Source of the DNA: Candidatus Methylacidiphilales bacterium
GTDB lineage: Bacteria; Verrucomicrobiota; Verrucomicrobiia; Methylacidiphilales; JAAUTS01
Direction: 5' to 3'
Assembly (NCBI GenBank): GCA_028713655.1
Contig: JAQTNW010000001.1
Coordinates: 68,465-132,464 of the forward strand
DNA: 64,000 nt
Shown here: positions 54,274 to 64,000 of the stretch, piece after piece
Layout: each line of letters starts with the position of its first letter
Numbering within the stretch: the first letter of the stretch is position 1
The notes under the pieces: model-generated
The model's input: the letters and a program-made list of their open reading frames with translations, nothing else
The model's database searches: none
What the model was told of the DNA's origin: nothing
Made by a program: the position numbers and the translations under genes

Positions 54274-56091
54274 TCACAGCCGGCTGATCAGCAACTGGCG
54301 TTCGAAGACCAGTTCCTTCGGCAGGTGTGTGTCGAGTTTGAGAAACAATTCCTCGTGCTGGAGCGTGAGCAGTTTCCAGCGGGCGCGGTCAATCGTCATG
54401 ACTTCGTCCCACTTTTCCCGGGAATAATCCAGCCCGGTCCAGTCGATGTCCTCATAGTTCGGAATCCAACCGATGGGGCATTCCTTGGAAACAGCCCGGC
54501 CGTGAACGCGGTCCACAATCCATTTGAGGACCCGCATGTTCTCGCCGTAGCCCGGCCAAAGAAACTTGCCGTCCTTGTTTTTCCGAAACCAGTTGACGTG
54601 GAAAATTCGCGGCGTTTCGGACAAATATTTGCCCATCGTGATCCAGTGGCGGAAATAATCGCCCATGTGATATCCGCAGAACGGCAGCATCGCAAACGGA
54701 TCACTGCGCAACTGCCCGATGGCGCCCGCAGCCGCGGCCGTCATTTCCGAACCCATGGTCGCACCGATATAGACGCCGTTGCTCCAATTGTACGCCTGGA
54801 AGACCAGCGGCACGTCGGACATGCGGCGGCCGCCGAAAACTATCGCGCTCAGCGGCACACCATTGGGATCTTCCCAAGCGGAGTCGATCGTCGGGCATTG
54901 GCTCGCGGGTGCCGTAAACCGCGCATTGGGGTGGGCGGCCTTGCGCCCGCAATCCGGAGTCCAATCCTGGCCGGTCCAGTCCTTGAGTTTCGCCGGCGCC
55001 TGTTCCGTCATCTCCTCCCACCAGACATCACCATCCGGGGTCAGGGCGCAATTGGTGAAAATCGTATTCCGGGACGCCGAGAGCATGGCGTTGGGATTTG
55101 ACTTCATCGAAGTGCCGGGCGCAACTCCGAAATAGCCGTACTCCGGATTGATGGCATGGAGGCGGCCATCGGGTCCGGGTTTGATCCAGGCAATGTCATC
55201 CCCCACGGTCCAGACTTTCCAACCCTTGTCCAGAAACGGTTTCGGCGGGATGATCATGGCAAAATTGGTCTTGCCGCAGGCGGAGGGGAATGCGGCGGCC
55301 ACATAGGTCTTTTCCCCCTTGGGATCTTCCACGCCGAGGATGAGCATGTGCTCGGCCATCCAGCCTTCATCCCTCGCCATGTTGGAGGCGATGCGAAGCG
55401 CAAAACATTTCTTGCCTAACAAAGCGTTACCGCCGTATCCGCTGCCGTACGACCAGATCTCGCGGGTCTCGGGAAAGTGGACGATGTATTTCGTTTCCTT
55501 GTTGCAGGGCCAGGATACGTCTTTCCGGCCTTTTTCCAGCGGCATGCCCACGGAATGCAGGCAGGGCACGATGAATTTTTCCGTCGTGTCCATGAAATCG
55601 AACACGCTCTGGCCCATGCGGGTCATGATGCGCATGTTCACCACGACATAGGGCGAGTCGCTCAGTTCCACGCCCACATGGCTGATTGGAGAGCCCAGCG
55701 GGCCCATGCTGAAGGGAATGACATACATCGTGCGCCCGTGCATGCAGCCTTTGAACACGCCCTTCAACAGGGTTCGCATTTCATGCGGCTCCATCCAGTT
55801 GTTGGTCGGCCCGGCGTCTTCCTTGCTCCTGCTGCAGATAAAGGTGCGGTCTTCCACTCGGGCGACATCGCTTGGGTCTGAAAAAGCGGCAAAACTGTTC
55901 GGGCGTTTCTCTGCGTTCAATTTGGTAAAGGTCCCGCTTTTGACCATCATCGCGCAAAGCTGATCGTATTCCGCCTGCGAGCCGTCGCAGAAATGAACCT
56001 GTTCCGGTTCGCATAATTCCGCCATTTTGCCGATCCATTTGAGGAGGATTTCGTTCCTGGTTTTTCCGTTGCCGACTGCTTTATAGTTCAT
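54274..56091 (-). CDS. pckG: phosphoenolpyruvate carboxykinase (GTP)
   Basis: 605 aa with kinase-1a motif FPSACGKTN and overall GTP-PEPCK sequence pattern. Confidence 0.9.
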   Translation of the reverse strand: MNYKAVGNGKTRNEILLKWIGKMAELCEPEQVHFCDGSQAEYDQLCAMMVKSGTFTKLNAEKRPNSFAAFSDPSDVARVEDRTFICSRSKEDAGPTNNWMEPHEMRTLLKGVFKGCMHGRTMYVIPFSMGPLGSPISHVGVELSDSPYVVVNMRIMTRMGQSVFDFMDTTEKFIVPCLHSVGMPLEKGRKDVSWPCNKETKYIVHFPETREIWSYGSGYGGNALLGKKCFALRIASNMARDEGWMAEHMLILGVEDPKGEKTYVAAAFPSACGKTNFAMIIPPKPFLDKGWKVWTVGDDIAWIKPGPDGRLHAINPEYGYFGVAPGTSMKSNPNAMLSASRNTIFTNCALTPDGDVWWEEMTEQAPAKLKDWTGQDWTPDCGRKAAHPNARFTAPASQCPTIDSAWEDPNGVPLSAIVFGGRRMSDVPLVFQAYNWSNGVYIGATMGSEMTAAAAGAIGQLRSDPFAMLPFCGYHMGDYFRHWITMGKYLSETPRIFHVNWFRKNKDGKFLWPGYGENMRVLKWIVDRVHGRAVSKECPIGWIPNYEDIDWTGLDYSREKWDEVMTIDRARWKLLTLQHEELFLKLDTHLPKELVFERQLLISRL

Positions 56092-56384
56092 GGGATATCT
56101 CGTTGGAGCTTGAAGCGTGTTTTATCAATAATTGTCTTGTGCCGGATGCTGCGTCCCGGTTGATTCCGAAACAGAAGCCCTCGGCGGACGAAGATTAAAT
56201 ATGAAGGCAGCCCGGCGATCAACTCTTTTATTAGTTTTTTTAATAATTAACTTTGATATTGGGTCTCATATTTATAAACTCATGTCTTACAGTGTATTAA
56301 CCCATCAGAGATGATCTCGGTTATCCATGCCAAATTCCTGCGCAAAAGGCTTGATCGTTTTGCATCCTTCCACACTGTTTCCTG

Positions 56385-57272
56385 ATGCCCGTTCTCTCTG
56401 TAACAAACCTGGCCAAGAACTATGGCTCGTTGGCAGCGCTCGATGGCTTGGATCTTAGCGTTGAAGCCGGACAGGTGTTCGGCTTGCTGGGCCCCAATGG
56501 CAGCGGCAAAACCACCCTGTTGGCCATCCTCCTCGATGTCATTCATTCCTCCCGCGGCAGCTTTGCGTGGTTTGACGGCCAGGAAGGACAAAATGCCCGA
56601 AAGCGCATCGGGGGACTGTTGGAAACACCGAACTTTTACCCCTACCTCAATGCCGACCAGAACCTTTCCATTGTTGCTTCGATCAAACGAGCGCCGAATC
56701 CTCAGATCGATTCGTTGCTGGAGCTGGTGCAGTTGAAGGAGCGCCGCGGTTCCGCCTACAAAACCTATTCTCTTGGAATGAAACAGCGCCTGGCGCTGGC
56801 GGCCTGTTTGGTCGGCGACCCGGATGTGTTGATACTCGACGAACCCACCAACGGCCTGGACCCCGAAGGCATGATCGAAGTGCGGCACATCATCCAAAAA
56901 ATAGCCGCGCAGGGCAAAACCATCATCCTCGCCAGCCATATCCTGGATGAAGTCGAAAAAATCTGTTCCCATGTGGCCATCATCAAAAAAGGGAAACTTC
57001 TGGCGTCGGGCGCCGTCGGCTCGATCCTCAGCGACCAACCCACGGTCGAGGCCGGCGCGTCAGACATTGAAAAACTTTTCCAGCTCCTTTCCAAGACCCC
57101 CTTTGTCAAAAAAATCACCCGCAAGGACCAGCGCCTGTATCTGGAGTTGGAACCGGGGCGGCAGCCCGGCGAATTGAACCGGCTGGCCTTTGAACAGGGC
57201 ATTGTCCTCGACCACCTGGTCTCGAAGCGCCAAAGCCTGGAAGTTGAATTTCTGGAGATCACACGAAAATGA
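56385..57272 (+). CDS. ABC transporter ATP-binding protein (ABC-2 exporter type)
   Basis: 295 aa. Walker A GPNGSGKTT, signature YSLGMKQRL, Walker B LILDEPTNGLD. Confidence 0.85.
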   Translation: MPVLSVTNLAKNYGSLAALDGLDLSVEAGQVFGLLGPNGSGKTTLLAILLDVIHSSRGSFAWFDGQEGQNARKRIGGLLETPNFYPYLNADQNLSIVASIKRAPNPQIDSLLELVQLKERRGSAYKTYSLGMKQRLALAACLVGDPDVLILDEPTNGLDPEGMIEVRHIIQKIAAQGKTIILASHILDEVEKICSHVAIIKKGKLLASGAVGSILSDQPTVEAGASDIEKLFQLLSKTPFVKKITRKDQRLYLELEPGRQPGELNRLAFEQGIVLDHLVSKRQSLEVEFLEITRK

Positions 57273-58087
57273 ACCCGCTGCACTTGTTAGAGCTCGAGTG
57301 GAAAAAATATTTTCCAAACGGAACGTTCCGCGTCATCGCCGCCCTCTATGCCGGTTCTTTTGTCCTGGTCTTGTGTTTGGCGCGTCTCATTGGCCGCAGC
57401 ATGACGTTCACTTCAAACGGCGCCAGCTATAATCCCACCGCCGATCTTTTTGTTTATCCGCACAATTGGGAACTGGTGGCATGGATCGGGAGTTGGATGA
57501 ATGTCTTTCTGCTCGGATTTCTGGGGGTTTTCATGATTACCCTGGAGTTCGGCAACCGGACCCTGCGGCAGAGCGTTATTTTCGGCATGACCCGGCTGGA
57601 AGTGGCCGCGTCGAAACTGGTCTGGGCCGTTGCGCTGGCTTTGGCGGCGACCGGATTCTATGTCCTCCTGGTTTTTGCCGGGGAAGTTCTGGACGGTGGG
57701 GGACTGGGTCTGCCGCAGGCGGGCTGTGTCCTGCGTTATTTCCTGCAGGCGCTGGGCTATCTTTTCCTGGGAACTTTGCTGGGTTTTTTAATCCGTCAGA
57801 CGGCCCTGGCCGCATTGGCTTATCTGGCCTATGTGCTCGTTTTGGAATCGGCCTGCCGTTGGATCTTTTATTTTGCCGTGGCCAAGACCCGGCTGCTTTT
57901 GCTGCTTCCCGGCCAGGTGCTGGGCGCTTTGGCGCCGCTGCCCGTTCCGGAGTCGGTCAATCACATGGTCAACTCGAATGCAGCAACCCAGCCGCTTTCC
58001 TCCGCTGCAGTTGTGCTGGCCGCATTGCTTTACCTCGGCCTGTTTGCGGCAGTGTTTTGCCGGAGAATCGTCAAATCCGACCTCTGA
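57269..58087 (+). CDS. ABC-2 type transporter permease
   Basis: 272 aa with six hydrophobic helices. ATGA overlap with the ATPase gene. Confidence 0.7.
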   Translation: MNPLHLLELEWKKYFPNGTFRVIAALYAGSFVLVLCLARLIGRSMTFTSNGASYNPTADLFVYPHNWELVAWIGSWMNVFLLGFLGVFMITLEFGNRTLRQSVIFGMTRLEVAASKLVWAVALALAATGFYVLLVFAGEVLDGGGLGLPQAGCVLRYFLQALGYLFLGTLLGFLIRQTALAALAYLAYVLVLESACRWIFYFAVAKTRLLLLLPGQVLGALAPLPVPESVNHMVNSNAATQPLSSAAVVLAALLYLGLFAAVFCRRIVKSDL

Positions 58088-58255
58088 CCCGGATGCGTCA
58101 CACGGTTCTGAAAACCCCTGCAAAGTGTCCTGCTCCAAAGTGTGGCAGGAGCAGGGGTGCGGCAACATCCGGGTTATAAGCAAAACCGCCTGAATGGGAT
58201 TTTTTTGAAATGGAGCCGCCTTATTTTGAGGAGGTTCTGCAGCAGTCTTCCTGCC
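58088..58255. repeat. composite dispersed repeat: family B (reverse) + family A (forward)
   Basis: 58088-58180 is the reverse complement of 7253-7345. 58181-58255 (aaaaccgcctgaatggg...ccgccttattttgagg) matches family A. The whole block is the reverse complement of 7171-7345. Confidence 0.8.
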
Positions 58256-58603
58256 GGGTTTGCGCCTACGGCTTTACTTCAAGCCCGGTGCGCCGTGCAA
58301 ATTTCGATTGCTGGCTGTCAAAAGTCAAAAACACGTGGATACCCAAAATCTGGACGCTTGCCACATGAAGCAAAACATCAGCGCTCGTTTTCCCGTTGTT
58401 TCAAAATAGATGCGACTGGGTTGAAAACCTTTTTGCCATGCGCTGCCTGGAGGCGCTTTTTGATGTCTGGCCAGCGGGCGCGCCTTTTGTGCGCATTGCC
58501 AGGGATCAGGATTTTTTACCGCCGGGGACAGGCTTGGGCTTGTCTTGTTTTGGTTTTTTGACTTCTTTTCGACGACTGTTGTTGCCTTTGCCCATAAACA
58601 CTC

Positions 58604-58729
58604 CTATTTTTTCTTTTCCGCGTTCTGTCTGCTGGCAATCGCGTTTTGCTTTTGCTGGTTTGCGCCGGCCTTTTTGGCTGCCTGCTGGGATTTCTGCTTC
58701 TGATTCGATTTCGGGGATCTGTCGCCCAT
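58604..58729 (-). CDS. small Lys/Gln-rich protein (41 aa)
   Basis: ATG at 58729. MGDRSPKSNQKQKSQQAAKKAGANQQKQNAIASRQNAEKKK. The MGD[KR]SPK N-terminus resembles a widespread family of tiny basic proteins (from memory, unverified). Confidence 0.4.
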   Translation of the reverse strand: MGDRSPKSNQKQKSQQAAKKAGANQQKQNAIASRQNAEKKK

Positions 58730-58891
58730 ATGGATTTCCTTTCCTTCGGATTTAAGTTGACCCGCGGAAAAATGAAAATTCCGAAGGAAAGGACAATCTG
58801 CGCTTCTTTGCGGGGAATAGCAATCGGGATATGCCTGTGCCAGCGAGAATGGCACATTTCATGCGTGCGACTCCGCCGCCAAGTGTTCGGG

Positions 58892-60883
58892 ATGCTCGAC
58901 AATAACCTGGCGGGCGGTATTCTTAATTACGGGCAAATCATGCAGACTTGGCCTATAGAACAAACCCCGTTTCTCATCTTTGCCGCGATATGCGCCGCCG
59001 CTTTGGCGGTCCAGTATGCGTGGCTTCGGAATGTAAAATACGCGCGGTTGCCCTGGCTGGTCTGGGTTTTGGCAATCCTGTTGCTGTGCCTGGGTTGGAA
59101 TATGTCGGAACAGGCCGGCCAGAGGGAACTCAATCGTATTCAAAGTCTCACGCTGGATTTTGCGCAACTCTACGCCGACGAGATGGAGAAGCGTGGACAC
59201 TGGAAATTATCAAGCACTGCCGCGGCAAATGATCCGCTTTACCTGAACCTGATTCAAACCGAGATCAACTGGGAAAAATTGAACCCGGATGTCAGCGATA
59301 TTTATACGCTTCGCAAACTGCCCAATGGGAAAAATGTTTTCATCGTTGATTCTGAAACGGACTACAACCACAACGGCGTGTATGACGGGGAGCGCGAGGA
59401 ACGCACGCCCATCGGTGAAGTTTACGACAAGGCGGACGAAGGATTGGAACGCGCTTTTCGCGGGGAGGCCAACTTCGCCCTCGTTCCGATTACTGATCGT
59501 TGGGGCACCTGGGTCAGCGCGTATGTGCCGCTGCACGATCCTTGGGGACGGGTGGAGGGCGCACTGGGCGTGGATTTTGACGCCCACGAATTCATGAGCG
59601 CCATTCTCAACGCGAAATTACGTGTCATCAGTTTGGTGGCGTTGTTACAGCTTGTGCTGCTGGGTGCGAGCACGTTGAATTCGGTGCTGCGGGCGCAGAT
59701 CGTTGAGCGCAAAAGAAATGAGGCCCAGTTATTGCAATCCCAGAAACTCGAAACCGTCGGCAAACTGGCGGGCGGTGTGGCCCACGAATTTAACAGCATC
59801 CTGACCGCCATCATCTGCCGCAGCGAATTGCTGCACGGCGATCTTCCGGCTGGGAGCCCCCTGTCCGAAAGCACGGCCGAAATCAAAAAAGCCGCCGCGC
59901 GCGCCGCGACGCTGACCCGGCAACTCCTGGCCTATGGGCGCAGACAATTCCTGCAACCGGAAGCCCTTGATCTGAACGCCGTCCTGGCCGGGATGGAAAA
60001 CACCCTGCGCCATTTGATGGGCGAGGGCACGGACCTGCGCATTGTTCCGACTGCCGGACTCAAGGCGGTGAATGCGGACCTCGGACAGATAGAAGAGGTC
60101 ATCATCAACCTCGCAATGAACGCTGCGGATGCCATGCCCAACGGCGGCAAACTCACGCTCGAAACCGCCAACATAACGTTCGGCGAGGAAAGCATGGGCC
60201 GTGATGCGGAATTGAAGCCGGGTGGCTATGTGATGCTGGCGATCACCGACACCGGTACAGGCATGAGCGAGGAGCTAAGGTCGCGCGTGTTCGAGCCGTT
60301 CTTTACGACCAAGGACATCGGCCAGGGCACGGGTTTGGGATTATCCAGTTGTTATGGCATCATCAAGCAAAGCGGCGGGCATATCAGCGTCTATAGCGAG
60401 CCCGGCCGGGGCACGACCTTCAAAATTTATCTACCACAAGTTGAACCGCAGACGAAGACCCCGATCCAAAGTCCCGCTCCGCCTGATTTGCCGGGCGGGA
60501 CGGAAGCCGTTCTGGTGGTTGAGGACGATTCCGCCCTGCGCGAGATGGCCGCAGTCTTGTTGGCGCGACTGGGTTACACTGTATTTACAGCAGCCGATGG
60601 CAATGAAGCCCTAAAGCTGATGCAAAGGCGGGACATTAAGCGCATTGACTTGCTGTTCACCGATGTGGTCATGCCCCACATGACAGGCCAGGAATTGTCC
60701 GAACGTGTCGTTGCGTTATATCCTGGAGTGAAGATTCTCTTCACCTCCGCCTACACGGAGAATGCCATTGTGCATCAGGGCGTGCTAGACAAGGGCGCGG
60801 TGCTTCTGCAAAAACCGTTCACGCCATCCGATCTGGCCCGCAAACTGAGGGAAGTGCTGGATCAGCCGGGTGCCCCAAGTTGA
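58892..60883 (+). CDS. hybrid sensor histidine kinase / response regulator
   Basis: Track ORF trimmed to the ATG at 58892 (alternative 58940). Two TM helices flank a periplasmic-like domain. H-box GGVAHEFNSILTAI, HATPase motifs (NLAMNAADAM, DTGTGM, GTGLGLS), and a C-terminal receiver (VLVVEDD...LLFTDVVMP...LFTSAY). Confidence 0.85.
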   Translation: MLDNNLAGGILNYGQIMQTWPIEQTPFLIFAAICAAALAVQYAWLRNVKYARLPWLVWVLAILLLCLGWNMSEQAGQRELNRIQSLTLDFAQLYADEMEKRGHWKLSSTAAANDPLYLNLIQTEINWEKLNPDVSDIYTLRKLPNGKNVFIVDSETDYNHNGVYDGEREERTPIGEVYDKADEGLERAFRGEANFALVPITDRWGTWVSAYVPLHDPWGRVEGALGVDFDAHEFMSAILNAKLRVISLVALLQLVLLGASTLNSVLRAQIVERKRNEAQLLQSQKLETVGKLAGGVAHEFNSILTAIICRSELLHGDLPAGSPLSESTAEIKKAAARAATLTRQLLAYGRRQFLQPEALDLNAVLAGMENTLRHLMGEGTDLRIVPTAGLKAVNADLGQIEEVIINLAMNAADAMPNGGKLTLETANITFGEESMGRDAELKPGGYVMLAITDTGTGMSEELRSRVFEPFFTTKDIGQGTGLGLSSCYGIIKQSGGHISVYSEPGRGTTFKIYLPQVEPQTKTPIQSPAPPDLPGGTEAVLVVEDDSALREMAAVLLARLGYTVFTAADGNEALKLMQRRDIKRIDLLFTDVVMPHMTGQELSERVVALYPGVKILFTSAYTENAIVHQGVLDKGAVLLQKPFTPSDLARKLREVLDQPGAPS

Positions 60884-61009
60884 CATGGGCGGGTCCGCAT
60901 TTTTTCTGGAATCTGGGCTTCAGCAACTTGACATTTAAGGCCGTTTGCAGGCAGAATCCGGCGTGGTGGCGGATCCTGCCGAAGTGATAAATTAACAATT
61001 CAAAAAAGA

Positions 61010-61909
61010 ATGCCCATGAACCTCGTCATTAAAAACCTGCTGGCCCTGTCATTCATTGCAACCGCTGGAACCTGTTTCGGCCAGGACAAGCCTGAGAGCC
61101 GTGAAGATTTGGAAAAAATAGCGAAGGGCCTGAAATACCAGCAGGGGGAAATTAATCTGCAATCCGGTCTGGCGAAGCTCAACGTCCCGTCCGGGTTTCG
61201 TTATTTGGGACCCGAGGACGCGGAGACAGTCCTTGTGAAACTGTGGCGCAATCCTCCCGGCGGGAAGTCCCTGGGCATGCTGCTCCCTGAGAACACAGGA
61301 CCTCTGCAGGAGGATTGCTGGGCCGTTACCATTTCCTACAACGATGACGGCTACGTCAAGGACAACGATGCCAGCAAGATCAATTACACGGATTTGCTCA
61401 AAAAGATGCAGGAAGGCGCCCGTGAAGACAACAAAGAGAGAGTCAAGGCCGGTTATCCGGAAATTGAGCTGATCGGGTGGGCGGCACCACCTCGTTATGA
61501 TTCGGCCACGCACAAGCTCTACTGGGCCAAGGAAATACAATTCGGTGGGGAAAAGGCCAGGACCCTCAATTACAACATCCGGATCCTGGGCAGGCGCGGT
61601 GTGTTGGTATTGAATGTCATATCAGGCATGAACCAGCTCGCCGAGATTGAGGGCAAGACGCCTGAAATCCTGGCCATGGTCGATTTCAACGAGGGCAACC
61701 GTTATGCGGATTTCGATCCCAAGGTAGACCGGATTGCCACGTACGGGCTTGCGGCCTTGGTTGCGGGCGGGGTTGCGGCCAAGCTTGGCCTTTTCAAAAT
61801 GCTTTGGGTTTTTATCCTGGCTGCAAAAAAGTTCATCATTCTGGGCGCCATTGCGGTCGTGGTCTGGGTTAAAAAGCTGTTTGGCAAAGGCACGCAAAAC
61901 AACGCCTGA
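61010..61909 (+). CDS. DUF2167-like membrane-anchored protein
   Basis: 299 aa with a signal peptide, then GEINLQSGLAKLNVPSGFRYLGPEDAETVL and two C-terminal TM helices, as in the DUF2167 family. Confidence 0.65.
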   Translation: MPMNLVIKNLLALSFIATAGTCFGQDKPESREDLEKIAKGLKYQQGEINLQSGLAKLNVPSGFRYLGPEDAETVLVKLWRNPPGGKSLGMLLPENTGPLQEDCWAVTISYNDDGYVKDNDASKINYTDLLKKMQEGAREDNKERVKAGYPEIELIGWAAPPRYDSATHKLYWAKEIQFGGEKARTLNYNIRILGRRGVLVLNVISGMNQLAEIEGKTPEILAMVDFNEGNRYADFDPKVDRIATYGLAALVAGGVAAKLGLFKMLWVFILAAKKFIILGAIAVVVWVKKLFGKGTQNNA

Positions 61910-61973
61910 AATTGAGCGCCTGAATTGTTGAAATCCGCCAGGCGTTTGTAAATTCAGGCTGCCTCAGGCTGCC

Positions 61974-62357
61974 TCAGGCTGCAATAGGCAGCCTGATGTT
62001 CAGGATTCTGCTCAGATTATTTTCAACCCTGCGGTATTCCTTTGACAGCTCTCCAAGAATCTGGCGGCAGGGGGGTATTTCACCGTCACAGGCGTATTGT
62101 TCCATCGCCCAGGCCAGCCACAACAGCCGGGTGGCGCCGATATAAGCGCTGCTGCCCTTGATTTCATGCGCAGTCTCTCGAATCCTTTCATTTTCCTCCA
62201 GCACGACACCCGTGGCCAGTTCCTTGAGGAGCGTTGGCATTTGTTCCAGGAAAATACCCAGAAACGACAGCATGGAGTCTTCGTCCAAATCTTCCACAAG
62301 CTGGGCCACGTTGACTGTGCCGGGTTCCATTTGTTCAGGTTCAAATAATGGGTTCAT
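61974..62357 (-). CDS. Hpt (histidine phosphotransfer) domain protein
   Basis: Track ORF trimmed to the ATG at 62357 (MNPLFEPEQ...). Phospho-His motif TAHEIKGSSAYIGA. Confidence 0.7.
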   Translation of the reverse strand: MNPLFEPEQMEPGTVNVAQLVEDLDEDSMLSFLGIFLEQMPTLLKELATGVVLEENERIRETAHEIKGSSAYIGATRLLWLAWAMEQYACDGEIPPCRQILGELSKEYRRVENNLSRILNIRLPIAA

Positions 62358-62709
62358 ATCATGATCCTTCCGTAGAGTTGATTTCCGAATAGGTACTGTT
62401 CCTGTGGAAGAGTGGCATGGGCTGTGCCACAAATCCGCCAAAGACGATTTCCCTCTGTAACGGGAAGCAGACAGGCATTTAAAGCGCGCCTGGGGCCTTG
62501 AAATCTTGAAAATCTTTTTCCAATCTGAAATTTTGTTTTCAAGTCGCTGGGTGAGAAAAATCAGGAGTAGGGGCAAGTGGCAGGCGGGCTATTTGTTTTT
62601 CTAATGACTATATCAGTATATAAATAATGCCCTTAGGGTAAGGATATTCTCTTTACCTGTGTGAACCTATTCCATAATTTGGGTTGTCTCTTGCATTGGG
62701 AGAACAGCC

Positions 62710-64000
62710 ATGAAACTCAAATGGGTAGCTGCTGCAGTTGTTTTAGCTTCCATGCTCATTGGCTGGGAAATTTGGCATTTCCCACATACATCTGCCGATA
62801 AGGCCGCAGTAGATCCCCGTATTGCGGCTCGCGCCCATTTAAGCCATGCCAGTTTTCCGGGTTTAACCGGAGCGGGCCAGCCGGCTGCAAGCAGCTTGGC
62901 TCAAGCGCTAGGGCAGATTAATTCCTTTCGAGTTGTTCCAGCGAAACAGAACCTCAAGATGGCTGACATGGGGAGCCAGGATTTCCTGAAGAACGCGCAA
63001 AGACTGGCTTATCGTGATGATCTACCCAACGCAGCGGGCGAATTCCGCCGCGTGAGTTTGTATCGGACCGACATGAAATATCCGCTGGTTCGAGTTGAAG
63101 AAACCCGGATTCAAGAGCCCAATGGCAACTCAGTCCTTCTGGCGCAAGATGCTGCCGTTGCGGATCATGTGGTGGTGGAGCTTCAACCCGGGGCCACGGT
63201 GGCTGATGTTAGCCAAATTGCGGCACAAAATGGAGCGACAGTACTCAAGCCGATGCATACTCCGGGTTTTTATCTTTTGCAGTTACCCAATCCGAACCTC
63301 GACAGTCTTCCGCTTGCGATTCAAACCTTTGGCAAATCGGCGAAGGTGCTGAAGTACGTTGAAGCTGATTCGATCCTGCATGCGACCCTTGTGCCGAATG
63401 ATCCGAATTTTTCGGGTGAATGGGGTCTGAATAACACAGGCCAAACTTCCGGCAAACCGCATGCGGACATTGATGCGACCGATGCGTGGGGCATCATTAA
63501 CAGCAGTCCCAATGTAGTCGTGGCCGTACTCGATACGGGCATTGATTTTAATCACCCGGATCTGGCCGCAAATATCTGGACCAATCCTAATCCGGGCAGC
63601 GACCCGGGCTACATCAATGACACGCACGGCTGGAATTTTTATGCGGACAATAACAATCCGCAGGACGATCACTTCCACGGCACCCATGTTTCCGGCACGA
63701 TTGGAGCCCTTGGCAACAACGGCCAGGGTGTCGCAGGCGTCACCTGGCATGTCAAAATCATGCCGCTGAAGTTTCTTTCCTCGAATGGCAGCGGTTATAC
63801 GAGCGACGCGGTGGACGGCATTAATTACGCAACCTACATGGGTGCGAAGATCATCTCCAACTCATGGGGCGGTGGCGCTTACTCGCAGGCGCTGAAGAAT
63901 GCCATTGATGCGGCCAATACGGCGGGCGTTTTATTCGTGGTGGCTGCCGGCAATAATGGCGCCAATACAGATCTCACGCCGTCTTATCCCTCCTGTTACG
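62710..64000 (+). CDS. S8 family (subtilisin-like) serine peptidase, 3' end outside window
   Basis: Manual translation from the ATG at 62710 stays open to the window end. N-terminal TM/signal, propeptide-like region, catalytic Asp VAVLDTGID and His HGTHVSGTIGA, and NSWGG. The catalytic Ser lies beyond the window. Confidence 0.8.
   Translation, partial: MKLKWVAAAVVLASMLIGWEIWHFPHTSADKAAVDPRIAARAHLSHASFPGLTGAGQPAASSLAQALGQINSFRVVPAKQNLKMADMGSQDFLKNAQRLAYRDDLPNAAGEFRRVSLYRTDMKYPLVRVEETRIQEPNGNSVLLAQDAAVADHVVVELQPGATVADVSQIAAQNGATVLKPMHTPGFYLLQLPNPNLDSLPLAIQTFGKSAKVLKYVEADSILHATLVPNDPNFSGEWGLNNTGQTSGKPHADIDATDAWGIINSSPNVVVAVLDTGIDFNHPDLAANIWTNPNPGSDPGYINDTHGWNFYADNNNPQDDHFHGTHVSGTIGALGNNGQGVAGVTWHVKIMPLKFLSSNGSGYTSDAVDGINYATYMGAKIISNSWGGGAYSQALKNAIDAANTAGVLFVVAAGNNGANTDLTPSYPSCY

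Noticed and set aside
54238-55101. 287-aa plus-strand ORF (and other 100-180-aa ORFs) antisense to pckG
   Set aside because: These are shadow ORFs typical of GC-rich coding regions, with Arg/Pro/Gly-rich low-complexity translations. The opposite strand encodes an unmistakable GTP-PEPCK.
56280-57038. 252-aa minus-strand ORF overlapping the ABC ATPase gene
   Set aside because: This is an antisense shadow ORF. The plus strand carries complete Walker A, signature and Walker B motifs.
58646-58891. 5' extension of the histidine kinase ORF to 58646
   Set aside because: The translation is low-complexity (MLLLVCAGLFGCLLGFLLLIRFRG...) and overlaps the better-looking antisense 41-aa ORF. The sensor TM topology starts after the ATG at 58892/58940.
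61954-61996. Decamer tcaggctgcc repeated 2.9 times, plus its complement ggcagcctga, at the convergent DUF2167/Hpt junction
   Set aside because: Part of it encodes the Hpt C-terminus and stop codon. The hairpin has no following T-run on either strand, so it is not a convincing intrinsic terminator, and it is too short to call a functional repeat.

Overview
GC-rich bacterial chromosome segment (gene content suggests a PVC/Verrucomicrobia-like organism; inference only). Housekeeping genes sit on both sides of a visibly AT-richer insertion of about 27 kb. Left flank (1-20.4 kb): partial outer-membrane protein, tRNA-Arg, cobA/hemD-hemC, rlmI, a URO-D-like/fatty-acid-hydroxylase pair with a divergent AraC regulator, tRNA-Thr, an NlpC/P60 peptidase, an IS200-like REP-associated tyrosine transposase with REP-type hairpin arrays, fur, a LysR regulator, yggS, a 3-methyladenine glycosylase, and an overlapping nucleotidyltransferase-like/wHTH pair. 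Island (about 20445-47717): bounded by a 47-bp direct repeat matching the 3' part of an initiator-like tRNA-Met. It carries a tyrosine integrase, a stand-alone ABC-ATPase/TOPRIM (OLD- or fused-PARIS-like) gene, a Liv-type ABC importer operon interleaved with a B12-radical-SAM enzyme, a SAM methyltransferase and an unknown membrane protein, and a relaxase/MobC module. The main candidate for a poorly described or novel system is its tightly packed six-gene operon: HKD/PLD-SNF2 helicase, PglX/Eco57I-like m6A methyltransferase, SMC/ABC-like ATPase, and three uncharacterized genes. Right flank: glf, O-antigen-ligase-like protein, CysJ-like flavoprotein, an L,D-transpeptidase split at an A9 tract, GTP-PEPCK, an ABC-2 exporter, a hybrid histidine kinase, DUF2167 and Hpt proteins, and a partial S8 protease. 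Several dispersed hairpin-forming intergenic repeat families are present. The ORF track uses alternative start codons and omits ORFs cut by the window edges.
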